DNA from: an uncultured Bacilli bacterium
GTDB lineage: Bacteria > Bacillota_I > Bacilli_A > RF39 > UBA660
Direction: 5' to 3'
NCBI GenBank assembly: GCA_947626095.1
Contig: CANQQV010000011.1
Location: 1 to 51,595 of the forward strand
Length of the DNA stretch: 51,595 nt
Positions 9,691 to 19,908 of the stretch are shown one piece after another. Made by a program: the position numbers and the translations under genes. Numbering within the stretch: the first letter of the stretch is position 1; each line of letters begins with the position of its first letter. Under the pieces are notes generated by a model. That model had not been told where the DNA came from. It saw nothing but the letters and a program-made list of their open reading frames with translations, and ran no database searches.

Positions 9691-10426
9691 TTTAGATTAT
9701 ACATATAATGATGAAGATTCAATAGTTCATAGGATTAATCCATTACTTAAGTTTATAGGTTTATTTATCTATATATTAGTATGTTTATTTAAATATGATA
9801 ATGTCTTATTTATATTAAATCTTAGCTTAGTATTTATACTAATCTTACTTAGTAATGTTAGTATTTTAAGATATTTAAAGGTTGTATGGAAGTTAAAGTA
9901 TTTAATTATAGTATTATATTTTATGTTATATCATTATGGACAATCGATAAGTGATATAAATATAATAGTATTTAAATTAGTATTTTTCTTCTTATATATA
10001 GCTATAATTGTTTATACAACGACTAAAGAAGATATAGGTAAAGGTTTAGCTAAGGGACTTAATATATTTAATTTAATAGGGATTAATCTTAAAAAGATAT
10101 CATCATTTTTTACCAATATAATTACTTTTATTATTAATTATATTGATAGAATGAAAGAATTAATTAACAGTGGAGAAAATAAGGGGATAGACTATTCTCA
10201 TTCTAATATTTTAAATAAAATTAAGTTAGTATTTACTAATTTAAGAAGAGTGTATAAAGATTGTAAAAGTAAAATGAGATTAAGAAAAAGTGATATGAAG
10301 TATAAGTTATATAATGGTAATATAATAAGTAAATATAAGTATCGAACTAAATTAGTTATATTTGATTATGCGTATATATTTATGAATATTGGTTTAATTA
10401 TATACTATGTATTGAAGGTGAGATAA
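9680..10426 (+). CDS. ecfT: ECF transmembrane component T, divergent
   Basis: DS.VHRINP..K N-terminal motif, TM helices, YTTT; synteny. Confidence 0.75.
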   Translation: MLNNLDYTYNDEDSIVHRINPLLKFIGLFIYILVCLFKYDNVLFILNLSLVFILILLSNVSILRYLKVVWKLKYLIIVLYFMLYHYGQSISDINIIVFKLVFFFLYIAIIVYTTTKEDIGKGLAKGLNIFNLIGINLKKISSFFTNIITFIINYIDRMKELINSGENKGIDYSHSNILNKIKLVFTNLRRVYKDCKSKMRLRKSDMKYKLYNGNIISKYKYRTKLVIFDYAYIFMNIGLIIYYVLKVR

Positions 10427-11145
10427 TGAATTACTTAATAACTATTGCTTATGATGGAAGTAAGTTTTATGGCTTTCAAAGACTTAATGAGTTAGATAGT
10501 GTGCAAAAAGTTTTAGAAGAGGCTTTAACTAAGATAAATAAAAAAGAAGTATTAGTTAAGGGGGCTGGAAGAACTGATCGTGGAGTACATGCTAATGGGC
10601 AGAGAGTAAGTTTTAAGTTAGATATTAAGATAAGTCCTGAGGGACTTAAGGAAGCAATTAATTCATTAGTTAAACCTTATATATATGTTAAAGAAGTATT
10701 AGAAGTTAGTGATGATGTTCATGCTAGATTTAGTGTGAAGAAGAAAAAGTATATATATAAAATTAATATGGGTGAATATAAACCAATCTTAACTGATTAT
10801 ACTTATCAACCAGAATATAAGTTAGATATAGATAAAATGAAAGAAGTAGCAAAGTTATACTTGGGTGTACATGATTTTCGTAATTTTGTTGCTGGGGAAA
10901 GAGAAGATGCGCAAGCAATTATCTATAATATAGACTTTGAATGGGAAGATGATATTTTAAATATTATCTTTGAAGGTAAGAGTTTTTATCGTTATATGGT
11001 AAGAAACTTAGTAGGAATGATGATTGAAGTAGGTCGTGGGAAAGATAAGATTACTAAAGTAGAAGAAATGCTTAATAGTAATGAAGAAATATATGGTTAT
11101 ACAGCACCTGCTTGTGGCTTATATTTAGAAAGTATTGAGTACTAA
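10426..11145 (+). CDS. truA: tRNA pseudouridine(38-40) synthase
   Basis: AYDGS.F.GFQ, GAGRTD.GVHA.GQ, HARF, G.HDF, TAPA.GL.L. Confidence 0.97.
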   Translation: MNYLITIAYDGSKFYGFQRLNELDSVQKVLEEALTKINKKEVLVKGAGRTDRGVHANGQRVSFKLDIKISPEGLKEAINSLVKPYIYVKEVLEVSDDVHARFSVKKKKYIYKINMGEYKPILTDYTYQPEYKLDIDKMKEVAKLYLGVHDFRNFVAGEREDAQAIIYNIDFEWEDDILNIIFEGKSFYRYMVRNLVGMMIEVGRGKDKITKVEEMLNSNEEIYGYTAPACGLYLESIEY

Positions 11146-11199
11146 TTGACAGAAATAAAATAAAACTAGCTAAAAATAGTCAAAAAACAGCGATTTTAT

Positions 11200-11228
11200 T
11201 TGACTTTTTAGCTGGTTTTTCATATAAT
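11200..11228 (+). promoter_or_regulatory. SigA promoter of rplM-rpsI
   Basis: TTGACT-N17-TATAAT. Confidence 0.8.
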
Positions 11229-11234
11229 TTTAAT

Positions 11235-11305
11235 CGGTACATTTTATTTGTTTGAGTTTGTTAGCCTTGGGAAAGCGAAGCAGGTGAAGACAGTGAAAGG
11301 AAATT
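11235..11305 (+). ncRNA. Probable L13 ribosomal protein leader
   Basis: Untranslated leader before rplM containing TTAGCCTTGGGAAAGC, similar to the AGCCCCGGAAAC loop of Firmicutes L13 leaders. Confidence 0.45.
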
Positions 11306-11308
11306 TTT

Positions 11309-11740
11309 ATGAATACATTTATGGAAAAGAAAGAAACTGTTGAACGTAAATGGTATGTTGTAGATGCTGAAGGTGCTACTTTAGGTAGATTAGCTACTAA
11401 AGTTGCTGTAGTTTTAAAAGGTAAACATAAAGCTACTTATACACCTCACATCGATTGTGGAGACTACGTAATCGTAGTAAATGCCGAAAAAGTTAAACTT
11501 ACTGGAAATAAACTAGAAGATAAGAAATATTATAATCATAGTGGATATCCAGGAGGATTAAGAGAAAGAAACGCTAAAACAATGATCGAAAAATATCCAG
11601 AAGAAATGATTGAAAGAGCTGTTAAAGGTATGTTACCAAAAGGTCCTTTAGGAAGAGAAATGGGTAAGAAATTATTCGTTTATGCCGGACCTGATCATAA
11701 ACATCAAGCTCAAAAACCAATCGAACTTAAGGTAGACTAA
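11309..11740 (+). CDS. rplM: 50S ribosomal protein L13
   Basis: RKWYVVDA...LGRLAT..A..L.GKHK..YTPH.D.GD. Confidence 0.99.
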   Translation: MNTFMEKKETVERKWYVVDAEGATLGRLATKVAVVLKGKHKATYTPHIDCGDYVIVVNAEKVKLTGNKLEDKKYYNHSGYPGGLRERNAKTMIEKYPEEMIERAVKGMLPKGPLGREMGKKLFVYAGPDHKHQAQKPIELKVD

Positions 11741-11752
11741 GGAGGATTTTAA

Positions 11753-12169
11753 ATGGCAAAACAAGTATGGACAGCTACTGGACGTAGAAAACGTTCAATT
11801 GCTCAAGTAAGAATGACTGCGGGAAAAGGAAATATTACAGTTAATGGTGTAGATGTTAATGAATATATGCCTTTTGCAGTATTAGTAATGGATTTAAAAC
11901 AACCATTAGTTGCTACAGGTAATGAGGATAAATTCGATATTGATGTTACAGTTAAAGGCGGAGGTTTCTCAGGACAAACTGGTGCTATAAGATTAGGTAT
12001 TACTCGTGCTTTATTAGCATTCGATGCAGATGCTGATCAAACTAGAGAAGATTCTTATAGAAAAGTTTTAAAAACTGCTGGATTCGTTACTAGAGATCCA
12101 AGAAGTAAAGAACGTAAAAAACCAGGTCTTAAAAAAGCTCGTCGTGCTCCACAATTCTCAAAGCGTTAA
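11753..12169 (+). CDS. rpsI: 30S ribosomal protein S9
   Basis: [32 protein letters not shown]. Confidence 0.99.
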   Translation: MAKQVWTATGRRKRSIAQVRMTAGKGNITVNGVDVNEYMPFAVLVMDLKQPLVATGNEDKFDIDVTVKGGGFSGQTGAIRLGITRALLAFDADADQTREDSYRKVLKTAGFVTRDPRSKERKKPGLKKARRAPQFSKR

Positions 12170-12188
12170 GATTTATTTCAAGTGTTTC

Positions 12189-12215
12189 AAAAGCTCAATC
12201 ATTTGGGCTTTTTTT
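12189..12215 (+). terminator. Intrinsic terminator after rpsI
   Basis: AAAAGCTCAA-TCAT-TTGGGCTTTT plus T tract. Confidence 0.75.
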
Positions 12216-12312
12216 CTTGGAAAGATTTAAGGCAATATTAAAATAAGAGATTAATTGTTGATTACTTTTATTATTTTTTTTATAATAGATATAGATAATA
12301 GAGGGGATATTA

Positions 12313-13167
12313 ATGGCCGAAGTAAAAGATAAAGATAGTAATAATACTTTTAAATATATAATTATATTTGTTTTATTTTTAGCAGTGGGAGCTGTTATTG
12401 GTTTTTATTGGGCGACTAAATATTTAGAAGAAAAAGAAGAAGAGGATAATACGCCAGCACCAATAGAAGCGAGAGAAATAACTAGTGATTCAATGTATCA
12501 AGATAAAATTAAAAATTTATATAATATAGTTAATACTAATACTTCTTTTTATAGTAGTAAGGGAGTTAATTATGCTGAGTTGACTCCTAATGATAGGTTA
12601 GCAATTATTTATAACTATATGACATTAAAAAATAATAATACTAAAGAAACTTTAAATAGAAATGAATTTGGTAGTTGTGATAATGGCTTTATTTTAGATG
12701 AAGCTGGTAGTGCTAATATTCCATCACTAGTTTGTACAGTATATAAATATAATAATGATGATATAACTACTTTAAGTAAAACGTTATTTAATGATGATAA
12801 TCTTAGTTTAGTTAGTGAATTTACACCAGTAGTTGGAAAAAAGTGTGTCTTAGGTGAAGATAGTTATGTGTGTGGAAATACTGCTACACCACAAAGTGGA
12901 GCTTTAGAGATAAAATTTGATATTCAAAAAGTTATGTTAAATCCAGATGGAACTATTGAAATATATGATAAAGGTTATTTGACTGATAGAAGAGCTGGAG
13001 TAGATAATCCTAATGATCAGTATGATAATTATTATTTACATACATCTGATAGTACAAGTTATTATTATGAACTTAAGAGTGCTGATAATGTAACATTTAA
13101 ACATACTTTTAAAACAGATGACAATGAAAATTATTATTATGTAAGTACGGAAATTTTTAATGGTTAA
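12313..13167 (+). CDS. Hypothetical membrane-anchored extracellular protein
   Basis: One N-terminal TM helix, RBS GAGGGG, four Cys in the soluble domain; no family recognised. Confidence 0.75.
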   Translation: MAEVKDKDSNNTFKYIIIFVLFLAVGAVIGFYWATKYLEEKEEEDNTPAPIEAREITSDSMYQDKIKNLYNIVNTNTSFYSSKGVNYAELTPNDRLAIIYNYMTLKNNNTKETLNRNEFGSCDNGFILDEAGSANIPSLVCTVYKYNNDDITTLSKTLFNDDNLSLVSEFTPVVGKKCVLGEDSYVCGNTATPQSGALEIKFDIQKVMLNPDGTIEIYDKGYLTDRRAGVDNPNDQYDNYYLHTSDSTSYYYELKSADNVTFKHTFKTDDNENYYYVSTEIFNG

Positions 13168-13213
13168 TTGTTAAAGAGAGTAATTTCTCTTTTTTTTTGG
13201 AATAAATATTAGT

Positions 13214-13858
13214 ATGAAAAAGAAAATATTATGGATGTTGATATGTTTGTTTTTATTAACAACTAGTTTAGTTTATGGAAAAGATATTAATAATCAGTTG
13301 GTGGGAAACGTTATTATTTTAGATATTGGACATGGTGGTAAAGATAAGGGAACATCAGTAAATGGGATTCTTGAAAGTGATATTAATTTAAAGATAGGAT
13401 TGAAACTTAGAAGCGAATTAGTTAAACAAGGTGTTGAGGTAATAATGACAAGAGATGGTGATTATGATTTAAGTAGTCCTGATGCTGATAGAAGAAAGAA
13501 AAGTGATTTTGATAATCGGATTAATTTAATTAATAGTAGTAAGGCAGATTTATATATTAGTATTCATATGAATTATTTAGAAGATAAAAGATATTATGGA
13601 GCGCAAGTTTTTTATACTGATGGTAATGATGAATTAGCTAAAGTAATGCAAGAAGCTTTTAAAAATAATTTAAATAGTCCAAGAACTGAAAAGAAGTTAT
13701 CAAATAGTATTTATATGTATAAAAATTTAAGGATACCAGGTATATTAATTGAATGTGGTTTTTTATCGAACGATAAAGAGAGAAAGTTACTTAATAGTGT
13801 AGAATATCAAGATAAAGTTGTTAAATCTATTATAGATGGAATTTTAAGTTATTATTAA
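13214..13858 (+). CDS. cwlD: N-acetylmuramoyl-L-alanine amidase (Amidase_3), CwlD-like
   Basis: Signal peptide, ILD.GHGG.D.G, E..INL, RKK.D...R, SIHMN, GAQVFY, LIECGFLSN; lies near rpsI as cwlD does in Bacilli. Confidence 0.8.
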   Translation: MKKKILWMLICLFLLTTSLVYGKDINNQLVGNVIILDIGHGGKDKGTSVNGILESDINLKIGLKLRSELVKQGVEVIMTRDGDYDLSSPDADRRKKSDFDNRINLINSSKADLYISIHMNYLEDKRYYGAQVFYTDGNDELAKVMQEAFKNNLNSPRTEKKLSNSIYMYKNLRIPGILIECGFLSNDKERKLLNSVEYQDKVVKSIIDGILSYY

Positions 13859-13867
13859 AAAAAGAGG

Positions 13868-14851
13868 TTAACCTCTTTCAAAATAGTCCATACGAATATT
13901 ATCTTTGATTATTAAACCAGTTGAATAGTCGATATCCGGGATTAGTTCTTTTAGATCTATATTATTTCTTGTTTCGTTAAATAGATATTTATTGATTGCT
14001 TTGATGATAGTTATAGTTTGTTTTTGGGCTTTATTTACTAGATCATCAAATGATTCAGTAGATGTTTGTTCTTTAATACTTGGATGATGCCATGTATGAT
14101 GTTCATTATTTAAAAGTGATAAGTCTGGATGTTTACGATAGGTACTATAGGCAGCTAGGTTACCAAATGATTTGTTAGTAATAAAGTCAATTATAGTATA
14201 TAGTAGTCTTTTGATACCTAGGAAGTCGTTAATAACTAATGTATTAATTATTTTAGTATGTTTAATACTTTTAAAATAGTAGATACCTATATTATCTACA
14301 TTATATGTTTTTTTATAGACATTACTAATTAATTCAGATAGTTCTTGATTAAATACAGGTTTCTTAATAATATCTCTATTTAAATTACAATGATTGTATT
14401 TTTTATGGAATTCTCTTTCATAGAATATAGCATCAATGTCTTTTTCCATACGATTATGTTCACCACGATAGATTTTAGAATGTTTATTATTTTTACGATA
14501 AATACCAGTTTTATAGAAGATAAAAGGGTGACAAGTTGAATCTAATACATAGTGAGTAATAACACCATATAAATAAGCAATACATTGTTTATTATTTTCT
14601 AAATGTTTAGTTTTTATTTCTTTTATAATATTTAGAATATAGTCTTGAGTATGAGAATGATGAGCGTTATGACCTAGTTCTTTAATTCTTTTAGCATTTT
14701 TTAAATCAAAGGTATAGTAAAATAAGTAGTCATGACTTTGGGCAAATGTTGTATAAATTAATTCTTCATTTATAAAATGACTTTTTATTTCTTTATTTAA
14801 CTCTTTTAAAAGATCTTTTGCAAAAAGATGATGAGTTGTAATTGATGGCAT
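13868..14851 (-). CDS. Zinc-dependent phospholipase C family protein
   Basis: MP...TH..F, HY.LD..CHPFI, H...E..ID metal-ligand pattern. Confidence 0.8.
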   Translation of the reverse strand: MPSITTHHLFAKDLLKELNKEIKSHFINEELIYTTFAQSHDYLFYYTFDLKNAKRIKELGHNAHHSHTQDYILNIIKEIKTKHLENNKQCIAYLYGVITHYVLDSTCHPFIFYKTGIYRKNNKHSKIYRGEHNRMEKDIDAIFYEREFHKKYNHCNLNRDIIKKPVFNQELSELISNVYKKTYNVDNIGIYYFKSIKHTKIINTLVINDFLGIKRLLYTIIDFITNKSFGNLAAYSTYRKHPDLSLLNNEHHTWHHPSIKEQTSTESFDDLVNKAQKQTITIIKAINKYLFNETRNNIDLKELIPDIDYSTGLIIKDNIRMDYFERG

Positions 14852-14952
14852 AATTTCACCTACTTTTCACAATATTATAACATAATGTACACACAAAAAA
14901 TATATGATTTAAATAGCTTTTCAAATGTGGTATAATAGTTTCGAATAATAGG

Positions 14953-15891
14953 GTGATGCTTGTGATAAAGACCTTTAAAACTATTGATGAACAAATTGAT
15001 ATTTTGAAAAGTAAAGGTTTAGTAATAGATGATATAGATTATGCTAAAGATGTTTTACTTAGAGAAAATTATTTCTTTATTAGCGGCTATAGACATTTAT
15101 TTTTAAAATCACCTAAAGATAGAATGTTTATTCCTGGTACTAATTTTAAAGAGTTATATGCCTTATTTAATTTTGATAGGCAAATAAGAAATATATTTTT
15201 TAAGAATATATTAATTGTTGAAAATAATGCGAAAAGTATATTTTCTTATCAATTATCGAAAAAATATGGTATTAAAGAAAAAGACTATTTAAATCCATCT
15301 AATTTTGATCGTTCTAACGATAAAGTAAGGCAAGTTAATGATTTACTTAAAAAGATTAAAAGACAGATAAGAGTAAATGGTGGTCAGCATTCAGCAACAA
15401 TGCACTATATTAGTAATTATGGATACGTTCCATTTTGGGTAGTTGTTAAGGTTTTATCTTTTGGTTTAATATCAGAATTATATACGATAATGAAAAAAGA
15501 GGACCAAAGAGATATTGCTGGGGTGTATAATATATCAGTAGATGATTTATTGGTTTATTTACCGATATTAGCCAATTTTAGAAATTTATGTGCTCACGAA
15601 GATATTATGTATGATCATAAAACTCAAAGAATGATTGATGATACTAAATATCATGCTTTTCTAAATATTGAAAAGACTGATGGTGAGTATATATATGGTA
15701 AAGATGATTTGTTTACTCTAGTAATAATCTTGAAGCAATTACTTAGAGAAGAAGATTTTACTTTGTTAATAAATGAGTTATCATATGAATTAGATATCTT
15801 GGGTGGTAAATTAAGTTCAATAAGTTTAGAAAAAGTACTGGATGCGATGGGATTCCCTAGTACATTTAGAGAGATTGCGAGGATAGATTAA
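14953..15891 (+). CDS. Abi family (Abi_2, AbiD/AbiF-like) HEPN protein
   Basis: FKT..EQI..L...GL, NY...SGY, LF.FDR..R, P.WV....LSFG, RNLCAH (RxxxxH). Confidence 0.88.
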   Translation: MMLVIKTFKTIDEQIDILKSKGLVIDDIDYAKDVLLRENYFFISGYRHLFLKSPKDRMFIPGTNFKELYALFNFDRQIRNIFFKNILIVENNAKSIFSYQLSKKYGIKEKDYLNPSNFDRSNDKVRQVNDLLKKIKRQIRVNGGQHSATMHYISNYGYVPFWVVVKVLSFGLISELYTIMKKEDQRDIAGVYNISVDDLLVYLPILANFRNLCAHEDIMYDHKTQRMIDDTKYHAFLNIEKTDGEYIYGKDDLFTLVIILKQLLREEDFTLLINELSYELDILGGKLSSISLEKVLDAMGFPSTFREIARID

Positions 15892-15892
15892 T

Positions 15893-17056
15893 ATGGATTA
15901 TAATAATTTAAATTATATTGAACCAATTCCTGTGAAGGAAAATAAAGAAAAAAATAATGGAATAGGTATGGGTAAGGTAGTTGCTTTAGTTATTTTTACA
16001 GCGATTATTTCAGTATTAATTGGAGCTGGAGCACTGTTATTACTTTTTCACTTCTATCCTGATTTTGCGCGAGATCAAATTACTAATATAACAAAGACGG
16101 AAAAAGAAGTAACAGTTACTGATACTGGTATAGCTGATGGTGTAGAAAAGATATATAATGCTGTTGTTGTTGTTAAAACATATCAAAGAGGACAGTTATA
16201 TGCGACAGGAACAGGATTTGTTTATAAAAAAGATAATGATAAATACTATTTATTAACTAACTACCATGTTATTCAAAATGGTAATTCCGTAGGAGTTGTT
16301 TTCACTGATGGTACTGAAGAACAAGTTACTATAGAAGGTGGAGATAAATATGCTGATTTAGCTGTTTTATCTTTAACTTCTAAAAAGGAGTATCAAGTAG
16401 CAGAAATAGGTAGTAGTATTGATATGAGAGTTGGAGATACAGTCTTTGCAATTGGTGCTCCACTTGATTATTCTGTTTATTCTTGGAGTGTTACAAGAGG
16501 TATTTTATCTGGTAAAGATAGAGAAGTAGAAGTAAGTACTAATGGTTATCAAAATGATTGGATAATGCAAGTATTACAAACTGATGCAGCAATCAATAAT
16601 GGTAATTCAGGTGGCCCTTTATGTAACGCTAATGGTCAAGTAATTGGAATAAACAATATGAAATTAGCATCAACTGGTATTGAAGGTATGGGTTTTGCAA
16701 TTCCTATCGAAGAAGCTACTTCATATGCTGATGCCTTAATTAAAGGTGAAGATGTTTCAAGACCATATCTAGGTATTTCAATGGCTGAAGCTTCTAATAT
16801 CTATAGTGCTCGTAATTATGGTATTAGTGCAATGGATGGCGTAATTGTAGCAGAGGTAGCATCAGGTTCTCCAGCTGCTAAAGCTGGTTTAAAGGTTGGC
16901 GATGTTATTACAGATTTTAATGGTGCTGCTGTAAGTAATATTGCTGCTTTAAGATATCAATTATATAAATGTAAGAGCGGAGATACAGTAACAGTTAAGA
17001 TTATGCGTAATAATAAAGTATCATCTGTTAAATTAACTTTAACTAATTCAAATTAG
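15893..17056 (+). CDS. htrA: HtrA-like serine protease with PDZ domain
   Basis: TM anchor, TNYHV, DLAV, QTDAAIN.GNSGGPL, C-terminal PDZ. Confidence 0.95.
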   Translation: MDYNNLNYIEPIPVKENKEKNNGIGMGKVVALVIFTAIISVLIGAGALLLLFHFYPDFARDQITNITKTEKEVTVTDTGIADGVEKIYNAVVVVKTYQRGQLYATGTGFVYKKDNDKYYLLTNYHVIQNGNSVGVVFTDGTEEQVTIEGGDKYADLAVLSLTSKKEYQVAEIGSSIDMRVGDTVFAIGAPLDYSVYSWSVTRGILSGKDREVEVSTNGYQNDWIMQVLQTDAAINNGNSGGPLCNANGQVIGINNMKLASTGIEGMGFAIPIEEATSYADALIKGEDVSRPYLGISMAEASNIYSARNYGISAMDGVIVAEVASGSPAAKAGLKVGDVITDFNGAAVSNIAALRYQLYKCKSGDTVTVKIMRNNKVSSVKLTLTNSN

Positions 17057-17121
17057 AACTGAAAATATTTCAGTTTTTTTATTTTATGTTATAATACATA
17101 TGCGTTTGGGGTGAAGTATAG

Positions 17122-18423
17122 ATGAAAGTTGGTTTTATATCTTTAGGATGTTCTAAGAATTTAGTTGTTACTGAGCAAATGATAGGTTTATTTAGAAAAC
17201 ATAAATATGAAATAGTTGATGATGCTAGTGAAGCAGATATTCTACTTATTAATACATGTGGTTTTATTGAATCAGCTAAAGATGAAGGAATTAAAACAAT
17301 ACTAGAATTTGCAGATTATAAAAAAAATAACTTGAAATACTTGATTGTTACTGGGTGTTTAGTGGAAAGATATGAAGAAGAATTAAAACATGAAATACCT
17401 GAAGTAGACTTATTCGTTAGTATTAAAGATTATGATAAGTTATGGAATAAAATAGATAATTTAATAAATAAAAAAGGTGAGAATGATTTATTAAATTATA
17501 AAGATAGGGTGTTAACTACTGGAGATGCTATGGCTTATTTAAAGATAGCTGAAGGATGTAGTAATTATTGTACTTACTGTGCAATACCTTATATTCAAGG
17601 TAAATATATATCAAGAGATTATAATGAGATACTTGATGAAGCTCGTCATTTAGCACAGAAAGGAATTAAGGAATTAGTAGTTATAGCACAGGATACGACA
17701 AAGTATGGAATAGACCTGTATGGAAAATCTAGACTAGCTGAATTACTTAATGATTTAACAAAGATTGATGGTATTAAATGGATTAGATTTTTATATTCTT
17801 ATCCGGAAACGATTGATGATGAATTAATAAAAGTAGTAAAGAATAGTGATAAAATATGTCATTACTTTGATTTGCCGATACAGCATATTAATGATCGAGT
17901 ACTTAAATTAATGAATCGTAAGAGTGACGGAAAAAGTATTAGAAATCTTATTGCTAAATTAAGAAAAGAAATACCTGATGTAATTTTAAGAACGACATTA
18001 ATTGTTGGATTTCCTGGTGAAACAGAAGATGAATTTCAAGAACTGTGTGATTTTGTTAAAGAAAGTAAATTTGATCGTTTAGGGGCCTTTGCTTATAGTG
18101 CTGAGGATGGGACTCCGGCTGCTAAGTTTAAAGAACAAATTCCTGAAGAGGTAAAGATGAATAGACAGAATAAGATAATGGAGATTCAACAAGAGGTTAG
18201 TAAAGAATTATTAAGTAAGAGAATTGGTAATACGTATGAATGTTTAATTGAAAATATTACAGATGATGGAGAATATTTTATTGGTCGTAGTTATATGGAC
18301 GTTCCTTCAGAAGATGGAATTATATATATTAAGTTTAATCCGGAATATATGATTAATGAATTTGTTAAGGTTAAGATTATTGATTCATATGCTTATGATT
18401 TAGTGGGAGAGATTATAGAATAA
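17122..18423 (+). CDS. rimO: Ribosomal protein S12 methylthiotransferase
   Basis: SLGC.KN, NTCGFIE.AK, EGCSNYCTYC, TRAM domain with P..DG. Confidence 0.92.
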   Translation: MKVGFISLGCSKNLVVTEQMIGLFRKHKYEIVDDASEADILLINTCGFIESAKDEGIKTILEFADYKKNNLKYLIVTGCLVERYEEELKHEIPEVDLFVSIKDYDKLWNKIDNLINKKGENDLLNYKDRVLTTGDAMAYLKIAEGCSNYCTYCAIPYIQGKYISRDYNEILDEARHLAQKGIKELVVIAQDTTKYGIDLYGKSRLAELLNDLTKIDGIKWIRFLYSYPETIDDELIKVVKNSDKICHYFDLPIQHINDRVLKLMNRKSDGKSIRNLIAKLRKEIPDVILRTTLIVGFPGETEDEFQELCDFVKESKFDRLGAFAYSAEDGTPAAKFKEQIPEEVKMNRQNKIMEIQQEVSKELLSKRIGNTYECLIENITDDGEYFIGRSYMDVPSEDGIIYIKFNPEYMINEFVKVKIIDSYAYDLVGEIIE

Positions 18424-18483
18424 AAATGCTAATGTTTTTATTCTTTTTATATGCTATAATTAATTAGAATAGAGGTGCAATTT

Positions 18484-19908
18484 ATGGCGTCATCAATAAA
18501 TATTAGTAGTAAAAATGAGTTAGTATCTTTAGCATCTCAACTTGATTCTAAAAAAAACGATATAAAGAGTGCAGCTGAGAATTTGAAAAGTAAATTAAAA
18601 AATATAAGTAATTATGATGGTATAGATGTTGCTAGTGCTGGTAATGTACTGGCTAGTAATATAGATAATATATTTATGGATTTGAATGCAGTATCCAGCA
18701 ATATTACGAATTATTCAACATCGGTTATGGATTTTGATGTTGATGACTTTAATAATGTCGAAACTTATTTGGCTGAAGAATCAGGAAATGCAATTGCGTT
18801 ACCTGGAGGATTGGGTAGTGTTCATTCATATATGGGATGGCAATGTATTACCGATACTTCATCTAATCAATATAAGTTAAGAACAGAAGCTGGGATGAAT
18901 TTCGATGAACAAGGTTTTGGTAAGATAGGGGATAGATATGTAGTAGCAACAACTACTACTTTTGGTAATGTTGGTGATTACATAGATGTTGTTCAAGAAG
19001 ATGGAACAGTTATTAAATGTATTATTGGCGATATAAAAAATCAAAATGATGCAGGTTGTAATAAATGGGGTCATGATAATGGACAATGTGTTGTAGAGTT
19101 TGTTGTAGATAAATCGTCTTGGTATGGAACAAATAAAACAGTAGTAGGATATCATCCTGAATGGAATAAAAATATTAGTAAAATAGTTAATAAAGGTAGT
19201 TACTTTAATTTAAAGAATCAATATGATACTTCTACAGCAAAGAGTAATTCTAGTGGTGGTCAAAAACAAAATTCTTATAGTTGGTCTACATTAAGTACAG
19301 CTAGTAGTGCTGCTTCTTCAGTAGTACATTATAGTAGTAATAGTAAGAGTGGTTCATCTAGTAGTGGATATACTTATACATATTCGGTTGGTAGTAATAG
19401 TAGTTCAGTTAGTAATTTAAGTAGTAATAGTAGTCCAGTAGGTACAACACCTGTTACAATTACTTCGGGAGATCCTAATATAGATGTTAGTAAATATCAT
19501 AATAATTTAGATAAAGGGTTTGAAGTTACTGTAGGTAATTTGGCTTATGAAGTTAGTGATGAGGATTATGAATTATTATGTGCAATAGTTGCAGCTGAAA
19601 GTGATAAATCATATGATGATGCATTAGCTGTTATTACGACTATTTTAAATAGATGTGAAGCTCCTAATTGGGTTAGAAGTCATGGAACTAATCCTGTAGC
19701 ACAAGCGACTGCACCTAATCAATTTGTTGTTTATCAACATGGAAGTTATAAGGCTTATATGAATGGTAGGGCACCAGAGACTGTTCAAACAGCTGTTAAG
19801 GATGCTTTAGCAGGAGTAAGAAATCATCATTATCTATCATTTAGATCTAATGGAACTACAAGCTATAGTGATAATAAAATAACTAATACAGGTAATAGAT
19901 ATAAGTAG
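18484..19908 (+). CDS. Putative T7SS-type cargo: WXG100-like N-terminus + 3D/DPBB-like domain + Ser-rich linker + SleB-like (Hydrolase_2) cell wall hydrolase
   Basis: No signal peptide; helical hairpin of about 90 aa with a YDG turn ending FDVDD; YMGW.CIT...QY.L...RYVVA...GD.K...VVEFVVD; LL.AIV.AES...AV...ILNR...PNQF. Confidence 0.7.
   Translation: MASSINISSKNELVSLASQLDSKKNDIKSAAENLKSKLKNISNYDGIDVASAGNVLASNIDNIFMDLNAVSSNITNYSTSVMDFDVDDFNNVETYLAEESGNAIALPGGLGSVHSYMGWQCITDTSSNQYKLRTEAGMNFDEQGFGKIGDRYVVATTTTFGNVGDYIDVVQEDGTVIKCIIGDIKNQNDAGCNKWGHDNGQCVVEFVVDKSSWYGTNKTVVGYHPEWNKNISKIVNKGSYFNLKNQYDTSTAKSNSSGGQKQNSYSWSTLSTASSAASSVVHYSSNSKSGSSSSGYTYTYSVGSNSSSVSNLSSNSSPVGTTPVTITSGDPNIDVSKYHNNLDKGFEVTVGNLAYEVSDEDYELLCAIVAAESDKSYDDALAVITTILNRCEAPNWVRSHGTNPVAQATAPNQFVVYQHGSYKAYMNGRAPETVQTAVKDALAGVRNHHYLSFRSNGTTSYSDNKITNTGNRYK

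Noticed and set aside
11162-11220. Long imperfect inverted repeat upstream of rplM as a novel RNA
   Set aside because: More simply the truA terminator overlapping the rplM -35 element.
14852-14952. RNA antitoxin or repeat upstream of the Abi gene
   Set aside because: No hairpin or repeat visible; the space is taken by divergent promoters.
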